Shown here in pieces: positions 1 to 8,614 of a stretch of DNA of 30,697 bases. The position numbers and the translations under genes are program-made. The notes beneath the pieces were generated by a model. It saw only the letters and a list, made by a program, of their open reading frames with translations. It was not told where the DNA came from and searched no databases. The DNA is from a virus, in the UHGV virus genome UHGV-1292713. One strand, written 5' to 3'. The stretch's first letter is position 1, and every line of letters begins with the position of its first letter.

Positions 1-632
1 GCAACCTGAGTAGCAAAAGCTGTTCATCCCCCATATTTTTGCTGGCGGGTTCTTTTTTCTACTGCCCTCCTCCCCAGGAAAAGCATTTCATTCTTTTCTC
101 ATTAATCGTTACTGGAGAGAAGGCGGGAAAAAGCCAGCTCTTTGGCCCTAAATAACAGCATGGCTTCAGTCCATACAGAATCTGATTTTCCAGCTCACAT
201 AATAACCAGATGATGCAGTTGCAAAATCTGGCAACATCGGATTATTATGCGCCTGTGAAAATTTCTTCACGTTTTATTCCTTGCCGCCCGTGCCTCCCAG
301 CGCGGGCTTTTTTATCCAAAAAATACCCCTCCGGAGAGGGGTATCATACAAGGGGATGACCATGATGCATGGTGCCGGGTGCCTCCCGGTGAGTCCGGCA
401 TCAGCATACGAACCCGCGATTATCCCAGAACTGACTGCTGATTCGCCCCGCCGCTTAGGGGGATTCACCATGCGTTTTTTTATTTACAAACTCTTCGCCA
501 GACAAACAACCATTAACTGGCTGAATTGTGAGGTATTTCAATTTTTAGAAAACTGACCAACCTCCGCTTATACGCCGGGCATGGAGCGGATACAAAAAAG
601 CCCCGCAAAAGCAGATCAGAAGGATTCGTTGT

Positions 633-671
633 AAAAAAAAAGCTGTCAGATTATCGCGCTAATCTGACAGC
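633..671 (-). terminator. Rho-independent terminator
   Basis: Perfect 12-bp inverted repeat gctgtcagatta / taatctgacagc (642-653, 660-671) with 6-nt loop; the plus-strand A9 run at 633-641 gives a U-tract after the hairpin on the minus strand. About 250 nt downstream of the 914..1975 gene. Confidence 0.7.
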
Positions 672-913
672 TACAGCAGGTATCCAAAAACATGGGTGGA
701 AACAATAAGTGAGTTAAGAAGACACGGTGTCGGATTTTTACCGATGAGCCGTTGGCGTGGTCAACCGTGACTCGCTTGTATCAACGATGAATTAATGAAG
801 CCAATCCTTTGCAGGCTATGTACAACCCACCACATCAGCCCTGCTGCATTGCAGGATACACTGTATCTGTAATCATTATACGGCACAGACATCCCACCAA
901 TAATTGAATTAAT

Positions 914-1975
914 TCACAAAATTGTATTTGCTGATAACATACTGATTTCCTGGATGGTCTGATTAAACCGCTCTGTCTCAAGCTCAACACCTAACGCCCG
1001 ACGCCCCAGCGCCATTGCTGCTTTTATTGTGGAACCGGATCCCATAAAGAAATCAGCAACCAGATCGCCGGGTCGACTACTGGCATTGATTATTTGCCTG
1101 AGCATATCCGCCGGTTTCTCACACGGATGTTTACCCGGGTAGAACTGAACGGGTTTATGCATCCAGACATCGGTATAAGGCACGGAGACTGATACGGAGA
1201 AATAGCGCCGGAGAGATTTAAACTCATCCAGCAATTCAGAATATTTGCGATTCAGTGAATCATAAGATGCCACCAACTGGTGGTGTGGTTGTTCCAGTTG
1301 TTGTTCCTGAAACTTCTCTGCCGCTATACGGGAAAACAGTGCCTGTAACTTCCGGTAGTCAGCCTCATTCGGCAACTGCCACTGACTGGCACCAAACCAG
1401 TGGGAAACCATATTTTTCTTACCTGTGGCTTCGGCAATTTGTTTTGCCGTTATACCCAGTTCGGCACGAGCATCCCTGAAATACGATATCAGCGGTGCCA
1501 TTATGTGCTGTTTGAGTTCCCTTTCTTTTGCCACATAGCCGTCACTTTTGCCGCGATATGGCCCCCGGTAATGTTCAGCAAACAGAACGCGCTCTGTGGC
1601 AGGAAAATATGCGCGCAGACTTTCTTTATTACACCCATTCCAACGTCCGGACGGCTTCGCCCAGATGATATGGTTAAGCACGTTGAAACGTTCACGCATC
1701 ATGATCTCAATATCAGATGCCAGGCGATGCCCACAGAACAGGTAAAGGCTTCCGGCAGGTTTCAACACCCGCCAGAACTGGGCCAGACAGTGGTCCAGCC
1801 ACTTAAGGTAATCTTCGTCCCCTTTCCACTGATTGTCCCAACCGTTGGGTTTCACCTTGAAGTAAGGCGGATCGGTAACAATCAGGTCAATGGAATCATC
1901 AGGCAGGGACTGAATAAAATGCAGGCAATCAGCGTTGATTAAATCAATACTGTTTATTTTTACAGTGTTTTTCAT
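914..1975 (-). CDS. DNA methyltransferase, beta-class amino-MTase (N6-adenine or N4-cytosine), orphan
   Basis: 353-aa ORF; DPPY motif near the N-terminus (IVTDPPYF) and FxGxG SAM-binding motif near the C-terminus (DFFMGSGST), the circularly permuted order typical of beta-class MTases. No adjacent restriction endonuclease ORF. Confidence 0.8.
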   Translation of the reverse strand: MKNTVKINSIDLINADCLHFIQSLPDDSIDLIVTDPPYFKVKPNGWDNQWKGDEDYLKWLDHCLAQFWRVLKPAGSLYLFCGHRLASDIEIMMRERFNVLNHIIWAKPSGRWNGCNKESLRAYFPATERVLFAEHYRGPYRGKSDGYVAKERELKQHIMAPLISYFRDARAELGITAKQIAEATGKKNMVSHWFGASQWQLPNEADYRKLQALFSRIAAEKFQEQQLEQPHHQLVASYDSLNRKYSELLDEFKSLRRYFSVSVSVPYTDVWMHKPVQFYPGKHPCEKPADMLRQIINASSRPGDLVADFFMGSGSTIKAAMALGRRALGVELETERFNQTIQEISMLSANTIL

Positions 1976-2124
1976 GGATCAGTAAGCGTAACTCTGGTAG
2001 GCTCACTCTGCTTTTGCGCTAAAGCAGTGGGCCATGGTTCGCTTGTGACCAGTAAGCATGAGCGAATGGCTGGCAGGTGCTACCAACACCCACCAGCCGC
2101 CCATTTTCACAAATTAAAAGCCCT

Positions 2125-2319
2125 TCATTGCTGAAGGCGTCTGTAACAGCCGAACTGGTAATCTGCCAGCCCCGCCATAACCAGCTGGGTCAGTATTAAC
2201 TGACAGCGTTCGCGTGAAAGGTATGTGTTTTGTGCTATCTCCCCGACTGTTGCCGGTTTGCCGTTTAATTCATTAAAAACAACTTTCGCCGTTTCTGTCA
2301 TATCTTGCTGTTTTAGCAT
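2125..2319 (-). CDS. Small hypothetical protein, possibly winged-helix DNA-binding
   Basis: 64-aa ORF with protein-like composition, between the methyltransferase and the 176-aa cargo gene; no recognisable motif. Confidence 0.4.
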   Translation of the reverse strand: MLKQQDMTETAKVVFNELNGKPATVGEIAQNTYLSRERCQLILTQLVMAGLADYQFGCYRRLQQ

Positions 2320-2442
2320 GTCTTTTTACCTTCATGGTTAACATGACATACCAATAACTCTTGTCTAAAAAGCCAGCAAGATAAAAAGTCAGTATTCACG
2401 ACCACCAGCGTGTTTACCGTACTGCACCAATGTTTAATTTAT

Positions 2443-2464
2443 AAAAAAACCGCGAGAACGCGGT
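2443..2464 (-). terminator. Rho-independent terminator downstream of the 176-aa gene
   Basis: Hairpin accgcg-agaa-cgcggt (2449-2464) with the plus-strand A-run at 2444-2449, giving a U-tract after the stem on the minus strand; about 40 nt after the stop at 2501. Confidence 0.6.
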
Positions 2465-2500
2465 AAGTATTGTTAAAAAAAAACAGTAATTTCACTCAAC

Positions 2501-3031
2501 TTATTTAATACATTCTTTTGCTTGCGCATAATAAATTTTATGAGTATTAGCAAGCTTAACGAAGTTATACTTAACTGCCCCTAACAGGGTTCCAACTCTT
2601 GTATGCCCTTCCATTAAATGAAGCCCTGTTGTATTACTTTTCAGCAAAGCTCGATCTATAAAAAATGGAGGTTCACACCATGTGCCAAAATTACACCAAT
2701 GCGCTTTTATTTCATCATCCATAAATACATCGCCTTTACGGGTTGTGAAATCTTCAACGACCTCATGCAAAAAATCAGGGTAAGTAGCATTATCCCCGAT
2801 AGTTAAAAAATTTTTAGTGGGAAGTTCAATCAATTTCCATTCGATTTGGTCAATATTAAGATCCCCATAAAGCTCCTGAAATCTGTCATAACCTGCCAAT
2901 CCATAATAAATCTCCTGAATTACAGGAGTGGGGGCGGCGATAGAATATTGCTCACGAAGTATTCTTTCAGCCTCAGGAGCTTTAAATATGGGTCTTTCTG
3001 AGAAAATAGGCAAAAGATCTCGGTATAACAT
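2501..3031 (-). CDS. Hypothetical protein, AT-rich cargo gene immediately downstream of Q and a tR'-like terminator
   Basis: 176-aa ORF with GGGGA Shine-Dalgarno 5 nt upstream of the ATG; locally AT-rich compared with flanking phage genes; no recognisable family motif. Confidence 0.6.
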   Translation of the reverse strand: MLYRDLLPIFSERPIFKAPEAERILREQYSIAAPTPVIQEIYYGLAGYDRFQELYGDLNIDQIEWKLIELPTKNFLTIGDNATYPDFLHEVVEDFTTRKGDVFMDDEIKAHWCNFGTWCEPPFFIDRALLKSNTTGLHLMEGHTRVGTLLGAVKYNFVKLANTHKIYYAQAKECIK

Positions 3032-3048
3032 CCATATCCCCGTGTAAG

Positions 3049-3080
3049 AAAAAATAATTTAACCCGCTCGGCGGCGGGTT
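3049..3080 (-). terminator. Rho-independent terminator downstream of Q (tR'-like)
   Basis: GC-rich hairpin aacccgc-cgccgag-cgggtt (3061-3080) followed on the minus strand by aaattatttttt (3049-3060). Lies about 105 nt after the Q stop and just before the RBS of the 176-aa gene. Confidence 0.55.
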
Positions 3081-3185
3081 CTTGGACTCATCAACGGTAG
3101 ACATACAAAGCCCATCGTTGGGAAAATCTTATCCATATTTTTTGAGAAATGCAAGCATCATGTCGCCATCTTCGGTGAAAATCAC

Positions 3186-3938
3186 TTATCTCGTCACCTT
3201 TCTCAATTGTGCTTCAGCGAATGCTTCTTCCTGCCAGCACTTTGTTACCAGTTTATCAATGACGTCTGCATATCCTTTGTACCACTGATAATCAGTCAGG
3301 TCTGGTACCAGCTTCTGGACATGACGTCGTGCCAGTGTGGTCGGTAAACGACTAAACCGGTTTCCATTGCAACGCCCACAAATCTTATAAACAGGCGCGC
3401 CATGAAGCCGGGTTCTTTTTTCATCCAGGACAATGCCTTTACCCTTACACCCTCTGCAAGCCGTGCTGACTTCTCCCTTACCATGGCAATGCTGACATAA
3501 TTCCTTCACCCACTCTTCCTTGATAACAGATTCCCCGCTTCTGGAGTGTTTCACCACTTCGCGCAATACACTATGAAATCCAGTACCAGCACAATGCTCA
3601 CAGCGAGCCTTACTTGCCGCAGACCTGGAATAATCAGCAAAGGCAAAACTCACAAGGTAAGGGATGATCTGTAACCGGGTTTCTTCACTCAATTTGTTCA
3701 ATGTCGGGTTATCCATTGCCATCGCGTAATTGAGCAGACCTTCAATCGCAAACTGAGGATCCTGAACACCAACTTTTGCCAGGAATAAGGCAAACCCAAG
3801 CGGTGCTTTCGACTGCACCATCCCCTGCGCAGCCATCACATCCGTAATCGTTAAACCACCTGAGCCTGTCGCCGGTGCGTCATCGCTCAATTTTGGAGAT
3901 TTTGGGGAGTAATATTTTGGTAAGGCTTCAAGGTTCAT
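3186..3938 (-). CDS. Late-gene antitermination protein Q (long, phage-82-like type)
   Basis: 250-aa ORF with clustered Cys/His zinc-binding motifs (CEHCAGTG, CQHCHGKG, CRGCKGKG, CGRCNG); sits between nin-region genes and a terminator-bracketed late cargo gene. Confidence 0.75.
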   Translation of the reverse strand: MNLEALPKYYSPKSPKLSDDAPATGSGGLTITDVMAAQGMVQSKAPLGFALFLAKVGVQDPQFAIEGLLNYAMAMDNPTLNKLSEETRLQIIPYLVSFAFADYSRSAASKARCEHCAGTGFHSVLREVVKHSRSGESVIKEEWVKELCQHCHGKGEVSTACRGCKGKGIVLDEKRTRLHGAPVYKICGRCNGNRFSRLPTTLARRHVQKLVPDLTDYQWYKGYADVIDKLVTKCWQEEAFAEAQLRKVTR

Positions 3939-3951
3939 GCTCGTTCTCCAC

Positions 3952-4947
3952 TTACGCCAGTACGCCTATTGCCAGCGCATGATCGATAAAACGAAATATC
4001 AGCTCCAGCTGGGAGCCATACATCTCTTCAAATGCCACGGTATCCGCATGCAGCTCGTCGTGATGCTTTCTGCACAAAGGCAACACAAAGAGGTCATGCG
4101 CTTTTGTACCCATTCCACCCTGACCATGGCCTATCAGGTGGTGGGGATCATCAGCAGGCTTTCCACAACATGCACACGGCTGTGTCTTAACCCAGCGCGT
4201 GTACTTTTCATTAACCCAGCGGCGACGTTTTGGGCGTAACATAAAAGACTCCGGCGACTCTGGCTCCACTTTCAGCGCCAGCACCTTTTTCGCTTTATCC
4301 TGGATAATGCTGGTGGCAGGAACCGAAGGAACAAGGTCACTCTCCCGGGTGACAGACGGCACAACCGGCTTCGGTAATCTCAGTGCCTTACGGGCTGCAC
4401 TTTCCGGTAAGGCATCCGCCAGGTCATTACGAACCAGCCACCAGCACAGTTCCGGCATTGTCACTACGTGACTGTCATCAAAACCGAGATCCCGACGCAC
4501 GACAGATAACACCCAGTGGGCACAGTTATCCGTTGCCATTGATTCCAGCCGTTCCGTGAACTGATCACGCAACTGGTTATCGCAGTGCCAACACAGACGA
4601 ATTGCGCCCGGCGCGTGTCGCATTGTGGTCATGTTCTCGCTGTGCCAGTCGGAATGAGGCCACTGACAGCCCTTTTCACGAAGTAACCAGCTTTCAAGAC
4701 ATTCCACGCCACCAGCACGACGGATCACTGCCTCATTGCGGAACACGGCCCGAACGGCAGGATCATCCGCCAGCGGTTGTGATGCCGCCGGAACGGCACC
4801 ACTGGCGAAAGATGAATAACGTTCCGGCTCAGGCTCCAGCAGGACACGCCCCTGCATAAACAGGGGCATCAGCTCTGAACCTGGCCTGAACAATACGATC
4901 CCCATACGCGGGGCAATTTCAGGGGTCAGTAGTGCTCTCACGGTCAC
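3952..4947 (-). CDS. DUF968-family phage protein with C-terminal Cys/His (HNH-like) motif
   Basis: 331-aa ORF; C-terminal CACCGK...HHLIGHGQGG...CRKHHDELH; position just upstream of Q is typical of lambdoid prophage DUF968 proteins. Confidence 0.55.
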   Translation of the reverse strand: MTVRALLTPEIAPRMGIVLFRPGSELMPLFMQGRVLLEPEPERYSSFASGAVPAASQPLADDPAVRAVFRNEAVIRRAGGVECLESWLLREKGCQWPHSDWHSENMTTMRHAPGAIRLCWHCDNQLRDQFTERLESMATDNCAHWVLSVVRRDLGFDDSHVVTMPELCWWLVRNDLADALPESAARKALRLPKPVVPSVTRESDLVPSVPATSIIQDKAKKVLALKVEPESPESFMLRPKRRRWVNEKYTRWVKTQPCACCGKPADDPHHLIGHGQGGMGTKAHDLFVLPLCRKHHDELHADTVAFEEMYGSQLELIFRFIDHALAIGVLA

Positions 4948-4948
4948 C

Positions 4949-5791
4949 TCAATGAACGGTATCGAGCAGCTTTAACAGCTCAGGGAATCGGGATTCGAAG
5001 AAATGCGGCTGCGTCTCGCGCGGATTTGCAGGACTGGTGATGTTCTTGCCGAACATGCAGCCTTTCGCCGTCAGCGACCAGAATTTTTTGATGTTGTTAA
5101 TCGCGGTACGGCTGTATCGTTCGCGTTGTTCAACGATCCCCAGCTTCACCATCTGGTGATATGCCTGATTAGCCGTCAGGCGGATACCATACTGTTTCAG
5201 CAGTGCACTCAGCGACAGCGTGGGGCGACTTGAGCCATCAGGCGCGTCAGCAGGAGCATCAATGGCATAGCGCGGTGCCAGATTCGGTAAGCCAACAGCC
5301 TCCTGAAGCTTCTGACAGGCTCCAAGCACTGATGACTTAGACAGGTTTAATTCCCGGCGCATAAAGTCCAGCAGGATCACGCCAGCCTGCATCTTGTCAG
5401 CAGCCTGCCCGGATAATTTTTCCGGTGTGCTGGTTACCATATCGAAAGTACGGATCACCTTCAGATGGAATGACGGGCTGATCCACATTGCATAGGCATA
5501 CACCAGTTCCTTGCAGACATACGTTCCTCCATTCCGCCCTTCTATTTTACTTACTGGTTTACTACCCAAATTTTGGGTAGTTTCATTGAATGAACCGACA
5601 CCCAAATTTTGGGTATCGATCAATTCCTGAACCAGCTCAGTAATCTGTTGGCTGGAAAGAAACTTTCCCGGCTCCTTAGTTCTGGCATTTGCACCAGATA
5701 CAACAGCAGCCCTGTGCAGATCGTTCAGGCTGTAACGACCATAAGCATCACGACGAACTTCAATACCATCAATGACCATCAGATTATTCAT
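4949..5791 (-). CDS. Phage antirepressor-like protein (KilA-N/AntA-like N-terminus, KilAC-like C-terminus)
   Basis: 280-aa ORF with a C-terminal region resembling the KilAC domain; nin-region position. Contains the palindrome triad at 5562-5614. Confidence 0.55.
   Translation of the reverse strand: MNNLMVIDGIEVRRDAYGRYSLNDLHRAAVVSGANARTKEPGKFLSSQQITELVQELIDTQNLGVGSFNETTQNLGSKPVSKIEGRNGGTYVCKELVYAYAMWISPSFHLKVIRTFDMVTSTPEKLSGQAADKMQAGVILLDFMRRELNLSKSSVLGACQKLQEAVGLPNLAPRYAIDAPADAPDGSSRPTLSLSALLKQYGIRLTANQAYHQMVKLGIVEQRERYSRTAINNIKKFWSLTAKGCMFGKNITSPANPRETQPHFFESRFPELLKLLDTVH
5562..5614. repeat. Three adjacent perfect palindromes inside the antirepressor coding sequence
   Basis: ctacccaaattttgggtag (5562-5580), ttcattgaatgaa (5582-5594), acccaaattttgggt (5600-5614); the two outer ones share the core cccaaattttggg and encode a duplicated TQNLG peptide. 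Confidence 0.6.
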
Positions 5792-5810
5792 ACTTCGTTT
5801 CTCCTCTTAA

Positions 5811-6200
5811 TCAGGCGGCTGCACCCGCCGGTTTCTCGTACTTACTGATAGTGATCTCGACCTTCCCTTCCGGGATAACCGGTCCCCACTCCACCAGCAT
5901 TCTTTTCACCTGACTGTCGTCTTCCCACACACCCGCATGGGTCAGGGCGTCAAACAGCGCCTTGTTATAGTTGTCCAGATCGCGGATCCGGTTATCCGGA
6001 GGAAACAACACGATCTCCACTGAAGCAGGTGCCGACGTTGGTTTCGGCAGACGACGTAACTGCTCAACTATTGCTGCGCACGCCGCGCTCTGGAATTTGC
6101 GCCCCGCTGCGCTTATCAGACTCTTACCAGCAAACGCCCCTTTGTTGGGGTGTCGCCAGTACGTGTTCACGCTGGGAGGGAAAGGCAAGATCAGCTTCAT
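5811..6200 (-). CDS. rusA: Holliday junction resolvase RusA
   Basis: 129-aa ORF with the RusA-type N-terminus (LPFPPSVNTYWRH) and acidic catalytic region (DLDNYNKALFDAL); typical nin-region position. Confidence 0.85.
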   Translation of the reverse strand: MKLILPFPPSVNTYWRHPNKGAFAGKSLISAAGRKFQSAACAAIVEQLRRLPKPTSAPASVEIVLFPPDNRIRDLDNYNKALFDALTHAGVWEDDSQVKRMLVEWGPVIPEGKVEITISKYEKPAGAAA

Positions 6201-6523
6201 ACTTTCAGGCCCCTCTCATGTAACCAGTGGGCTGCACGCAGCCTGGCGTTTTCCTCACCGGCAAGCAGTGCGCGGATAATCCCGACCGCCTCGCTGTCGT
6301 CGTCCTTCACCGCGGTATGAAGAGTTATCCCCCGGGCCACGCCACGCTTTATCGTGATGACGCTTTTTTTCTCCAGTGCGCGAAGATGCTCCACCGCTGC
6401 ATTCACCGAACGGTATCCCAGCATGGTTGCCACCTCCTGATTGGTTGGCGGAAAGCCACGTTCTTGCTGGTAAGAAATCAGCATATCCAGCACCTGCTGC
6501 TGGCATTGAGTTAACGTCGTCAT
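6197..6523 (-). CDS. LexA-N-terminal-like winged-helix DNA-binding protein
   Basis: 108-aa ORF; TQCQQQVLDML...GFPPTNQEVATMLGYRSVNAAVEHLRALEKK resembles the LexA DNA-binding domain; no S24 peptidase domain. ATGA-type overlap with the neighbouring gene. Confidence 0.5.
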   Translation of the reverse strand: MTTLTQCQQQVLDMLISYQQERGFPPTNQEVATMLGYRSVNAAVEHLRALEKKSVITIKRGVARGITLHTAVKDDDSEAVGIIRALLAGEENARLRAAHWLHERGLKV

Positions 6524-7173
6524 GCCGCCATCTCCCTGACCAGTTTTTCCGCCTGCTGGCGAACCTGCGCCAGAAAGGCCTCACCACATGCCTCAAGTTC
6601 ATCGCGCCCGATGTAGCTGATTGCCGGTCCCTTCCAGGTCTTGTCGAAAACAGCAATAGCACCAGCGAAGAAAGCGCCTGTCGGCACCTGCTTCTCGTCC
6701 TTCGGGATAAACCAGGCTGGCAGTTCAAAACCAATACGCCCGCGAATAAAAGCAATATGGTCTGCATCTTCCGGCCACCACACTTCGCTGGTGGCAGCTT
6801 TGATCAGGAAAACATAGCGCCCGCCTTTATCACGCATGGCACTGGCATGCTTCATGATGTAACGCATGCCGGTGATGTATTGCCCCTCATGCTGACTGGC
6901 GCGGCTGTACGGGGGATTACCAAAGGCAGCACCTTTAAGCTCCGCAAGACGTTCTGACCAGTCATGCGCCAGCGCGTTGTCTTCCGCAGTGTAATACGCG
7001 GCGCATTTGGCGTTATCACCATCAGTAAACAGATCCAGAACAAACGGGCCAAACAGGGTGTTAATTCCCCAGAAAATGTTGTCCGGCGTGCGCCACTGAT
7101 CGCCCACTTCCTTCAGTTCATGGGCTGGTTTGTTCCGCAGCTCCACCAGCGCCTGGCAATATTTATTACTCAT
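6520..7173 (-). CDS. Phage N6-adenine DNA methyltransferase (Dam-like, NPPY motif)
   Basis: ORF-track frame 6520..7206; start assigned to the ATG at 7173 (MSNKYCQ...), which overlaps the upstream stop. Motif FGNPPYS. 217 aa. Confidence 0.75.
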   Translation of the reverse strand: MSNKYCQALVELRNKPAHELKEVGDQWRTPDNIFWGINTLFGPFVLDLFTDGDNAKCAAYYTAEDNALAHDWSERLAELKGAAFGNPPYSRASQHEGQYITGMRYIMKHASAMRDKGGRYVFLIKAATSEVWWPEDADHIAFIRGRIGFELPAWFIPKDEKQVPTGAFFAGAIAVFDKTWKGPAISYIGRDELEACGEAFLAQVRQQAEKLVREMAA

Positions 7174-7661
7174 TAAGCCCCCACGTAATTCCCTGACAGA
7201 TACCACTCTTCACCCGATGCAGCGCGCTTGCTGCTTTTCCGTAAACACCGCTCACGACGCGCAAGAAAATTGTTTCGCTCTTGCTGGGAGTGGCTTTCAC
7301 GGAATGCCGCCATCCACACCGTTGCAGCACGACGGTATAAGCCCCTGGACTCCAGTTCTTCCGCCTGGCGGGTCAGGCACAAAATCACCCGGGGATCGTT
7401 AGTGCCGACATAGAAATTGCGCACAGGTCTGGATTCACGAACTGGTTGCGGTTCCGGCTCCTGCGGTATCTCAGTCAGCCGCGGGAAATGTCTGCGTGTA
7501 TCCCCTTCACAACGGTGAGCCACACGCCCACTCTGACGTAACTTGCTTGCTGACTGCAGAACGCGCTGTCGTGAGTAACCTGCAAAAGCATCCGCAATGT
7601 CTCCGGAAGTACACCCCGGATGGGCTTCAATGAATTTCTGAACGTCATTCAAAAGACTCAT
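7173..7661 (-). CDS. PerC-like transcriptional regulator family protein
   Basis: ORF-track frame 7173..7667; C-terminal region AEELESRGLYRRAATVWMAAFRESH matches the PerC/Pch signature as I recall it. ATG at 7661 chosen; a GTG at 7667 is also possible. Confidence 0.45.
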   Translation of the reverse strand: MSLLNDVQKFIEAHPGCTSGDIADAFAGYSRQRVLQSASKLRQSGRVAHRCEGDTRRHFPRLTEIPQEPEPQPVRESRPVRNFYVGTNDPRVILCLTRQAEELESRGLYRRAATVWMAAFRESHSQQERNNFLARRERCLRKSSKRAASGEEWYLSGNYVGA

Positions 7662-7663
7662 GA

Positions 7664-8605
7664 TCACCCCCTGAATCCTGCCGGGATCTGGCTGTAGTCC
7701 ACGTTGTCGTAACTGGCTTTGAAGTACGGGTCTTCGCGTTTTTCGGTGTACGTGCTGACGGACGGCGATAAGCGCAGGGAAAGCTCATCCCATTTTTCCC
7801 GCAGCTTCGACGGGCTGAGCACGTTACGGCACCAGAACGGATCGCGACTGACGCGGCTGTACATCTCGCAGATTTGTTTATGAGTACGACCATCCTGCAC
7901 ACACATCAGGCGAATTTCGTTTGCCCAGGCTGTCCAGTTCGGTTCTTTGGGACGAACCACCTCGCCGTCACATTCGGCGGCATGCTCGTACAGGGCGATG
8001 ATTTTTTTCCAGAGCCACTGTGCGCAGGTCAAATCATCCTGCGTCCCCCACTGGCGCTTTTTAGGGCTGAATACAACCGCATCAGGATGGCGAGTTAAAA
8101 AATCCTGTTCAGCCGTCTGCGTGTCCGGTTGCGAAGAGTCCGGACGAGAAGGTTTTTTATCTGACGGATCATGTTTTGATTTTACTGACGGATCCCCGCC
8201 AGATTCTGACGGGTGAAAACCCGCTTTTTTGCCAGATTTCGACGCATCAAATTTTGACGGGTCAGATTTTGATGCGTCAGATTTTGACGGGTCAGAATCT
8301 GACAGTTGAGAAAATGCCGCTGCCTGAAGCTTCGCAACGTTAAGCTGATAAACATTCGACGCATTGCGGTTACCCTGGCGACGCGCCTTACGCGTTAACC
8401 AGCCTTCTGCTTCCAGCCGTGCGATAGCCGTTCTGACGGTACTCATCCCCGCGCCAATCTGGCGGGCAATGGTTTCAATCGATGGCCAGCACACACCTTC
8501 GTCATTACTGAAATCAGCCAGGCGGGCCATAATTGCCACGCTGGATAATTTCATGCCTGACGCTGCGCAACCATCCCATACATAGCCGGTTAATTTAGTG
8601 CTCAT
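7664..8605 (-). CDS. Replication initiator (O-like), N-terminal helix-turn-helix, with iterons inside the gene
   Basis: 313-aa ORF; N-terminal wHTH; central low-complexity repeats (DPSKSDASKSDPSKFDASKSG) encoded by tandem ~15-bp DNA repeats; positioned after the cro/cII-like genes as in lambdoid replication modules. Confidence 0.55.
   Translation of the reverse strand: MSTKLTGYVWDGCAASGMKLSSVAIMARLADFSNDEGVCWPSIETIARQIGAGMSTVRTAIARLEAEGWLTRKARRQGNRNASNVYQLNVAKLQAAAFSQLSDSDPSKSDASKSDPSKFDASKSGKKAGFHPSESGGDPSVKSKHDPSDKKPSRPDSSQPDTQTAEQDFLTRHPDAVVFSPKKRQWGTQDDLTCAQWLWKKIIALYEHAAECDGEVVRPKEPNWTAWANEIRLMCVQDGRTHKQICEMYSRVSRDPFWCRNVLSPSKLREKWDELSLRLSPSVSTYTEKREDPYFKASYDNVDYSQIPAGFRG
8160..8306. 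repeat. Putative origin iterons (about 8 head-to-tail copies of a ~15-bp unit, consensus AGATTTTGACGGGTC)
   Basis: Direct repeats ctgacggatc, agattctgacgggtg, cagatttcgacgcatc, aaattttgacgggtc, agattttgatgcgtc, agattttgacgggtc, agaatctgacag read directly in the sequence, inside the initiator gene as for lambda ori within O. Confidence 0.6.
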
Positions 8606-8614
8606 GACCGACCT

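Noticed and set aside
274-556. ORFs of 65 aa (minus) and 91 aa (plus) at the left edge
   Set aside because: Mutually overlapping, non-protein-like composition, no clear RBS. The region contains a hairpin plus T-run (about 284-313) and two nearby copies of gtgcctccc (a third, inverted, lies near 11478), which I could not interpret and treat as probably non-coding or coincidental.
1255-1942. Plus-strand ORFs (74 and 180 aa) overlapping the methyltransferase gene
   Set aside because: Antisense shadow ORFs with low-complexity or Cys-rich odd composition; no RBS context.
8160-8306. Tandem short repeats as a possible CRISPR array
   Set aside because: Units are ~15 bp, contiguous, without unique spacers of regular length, and lie inside a coding gene; consistent with replication iterons, not CRISPR.
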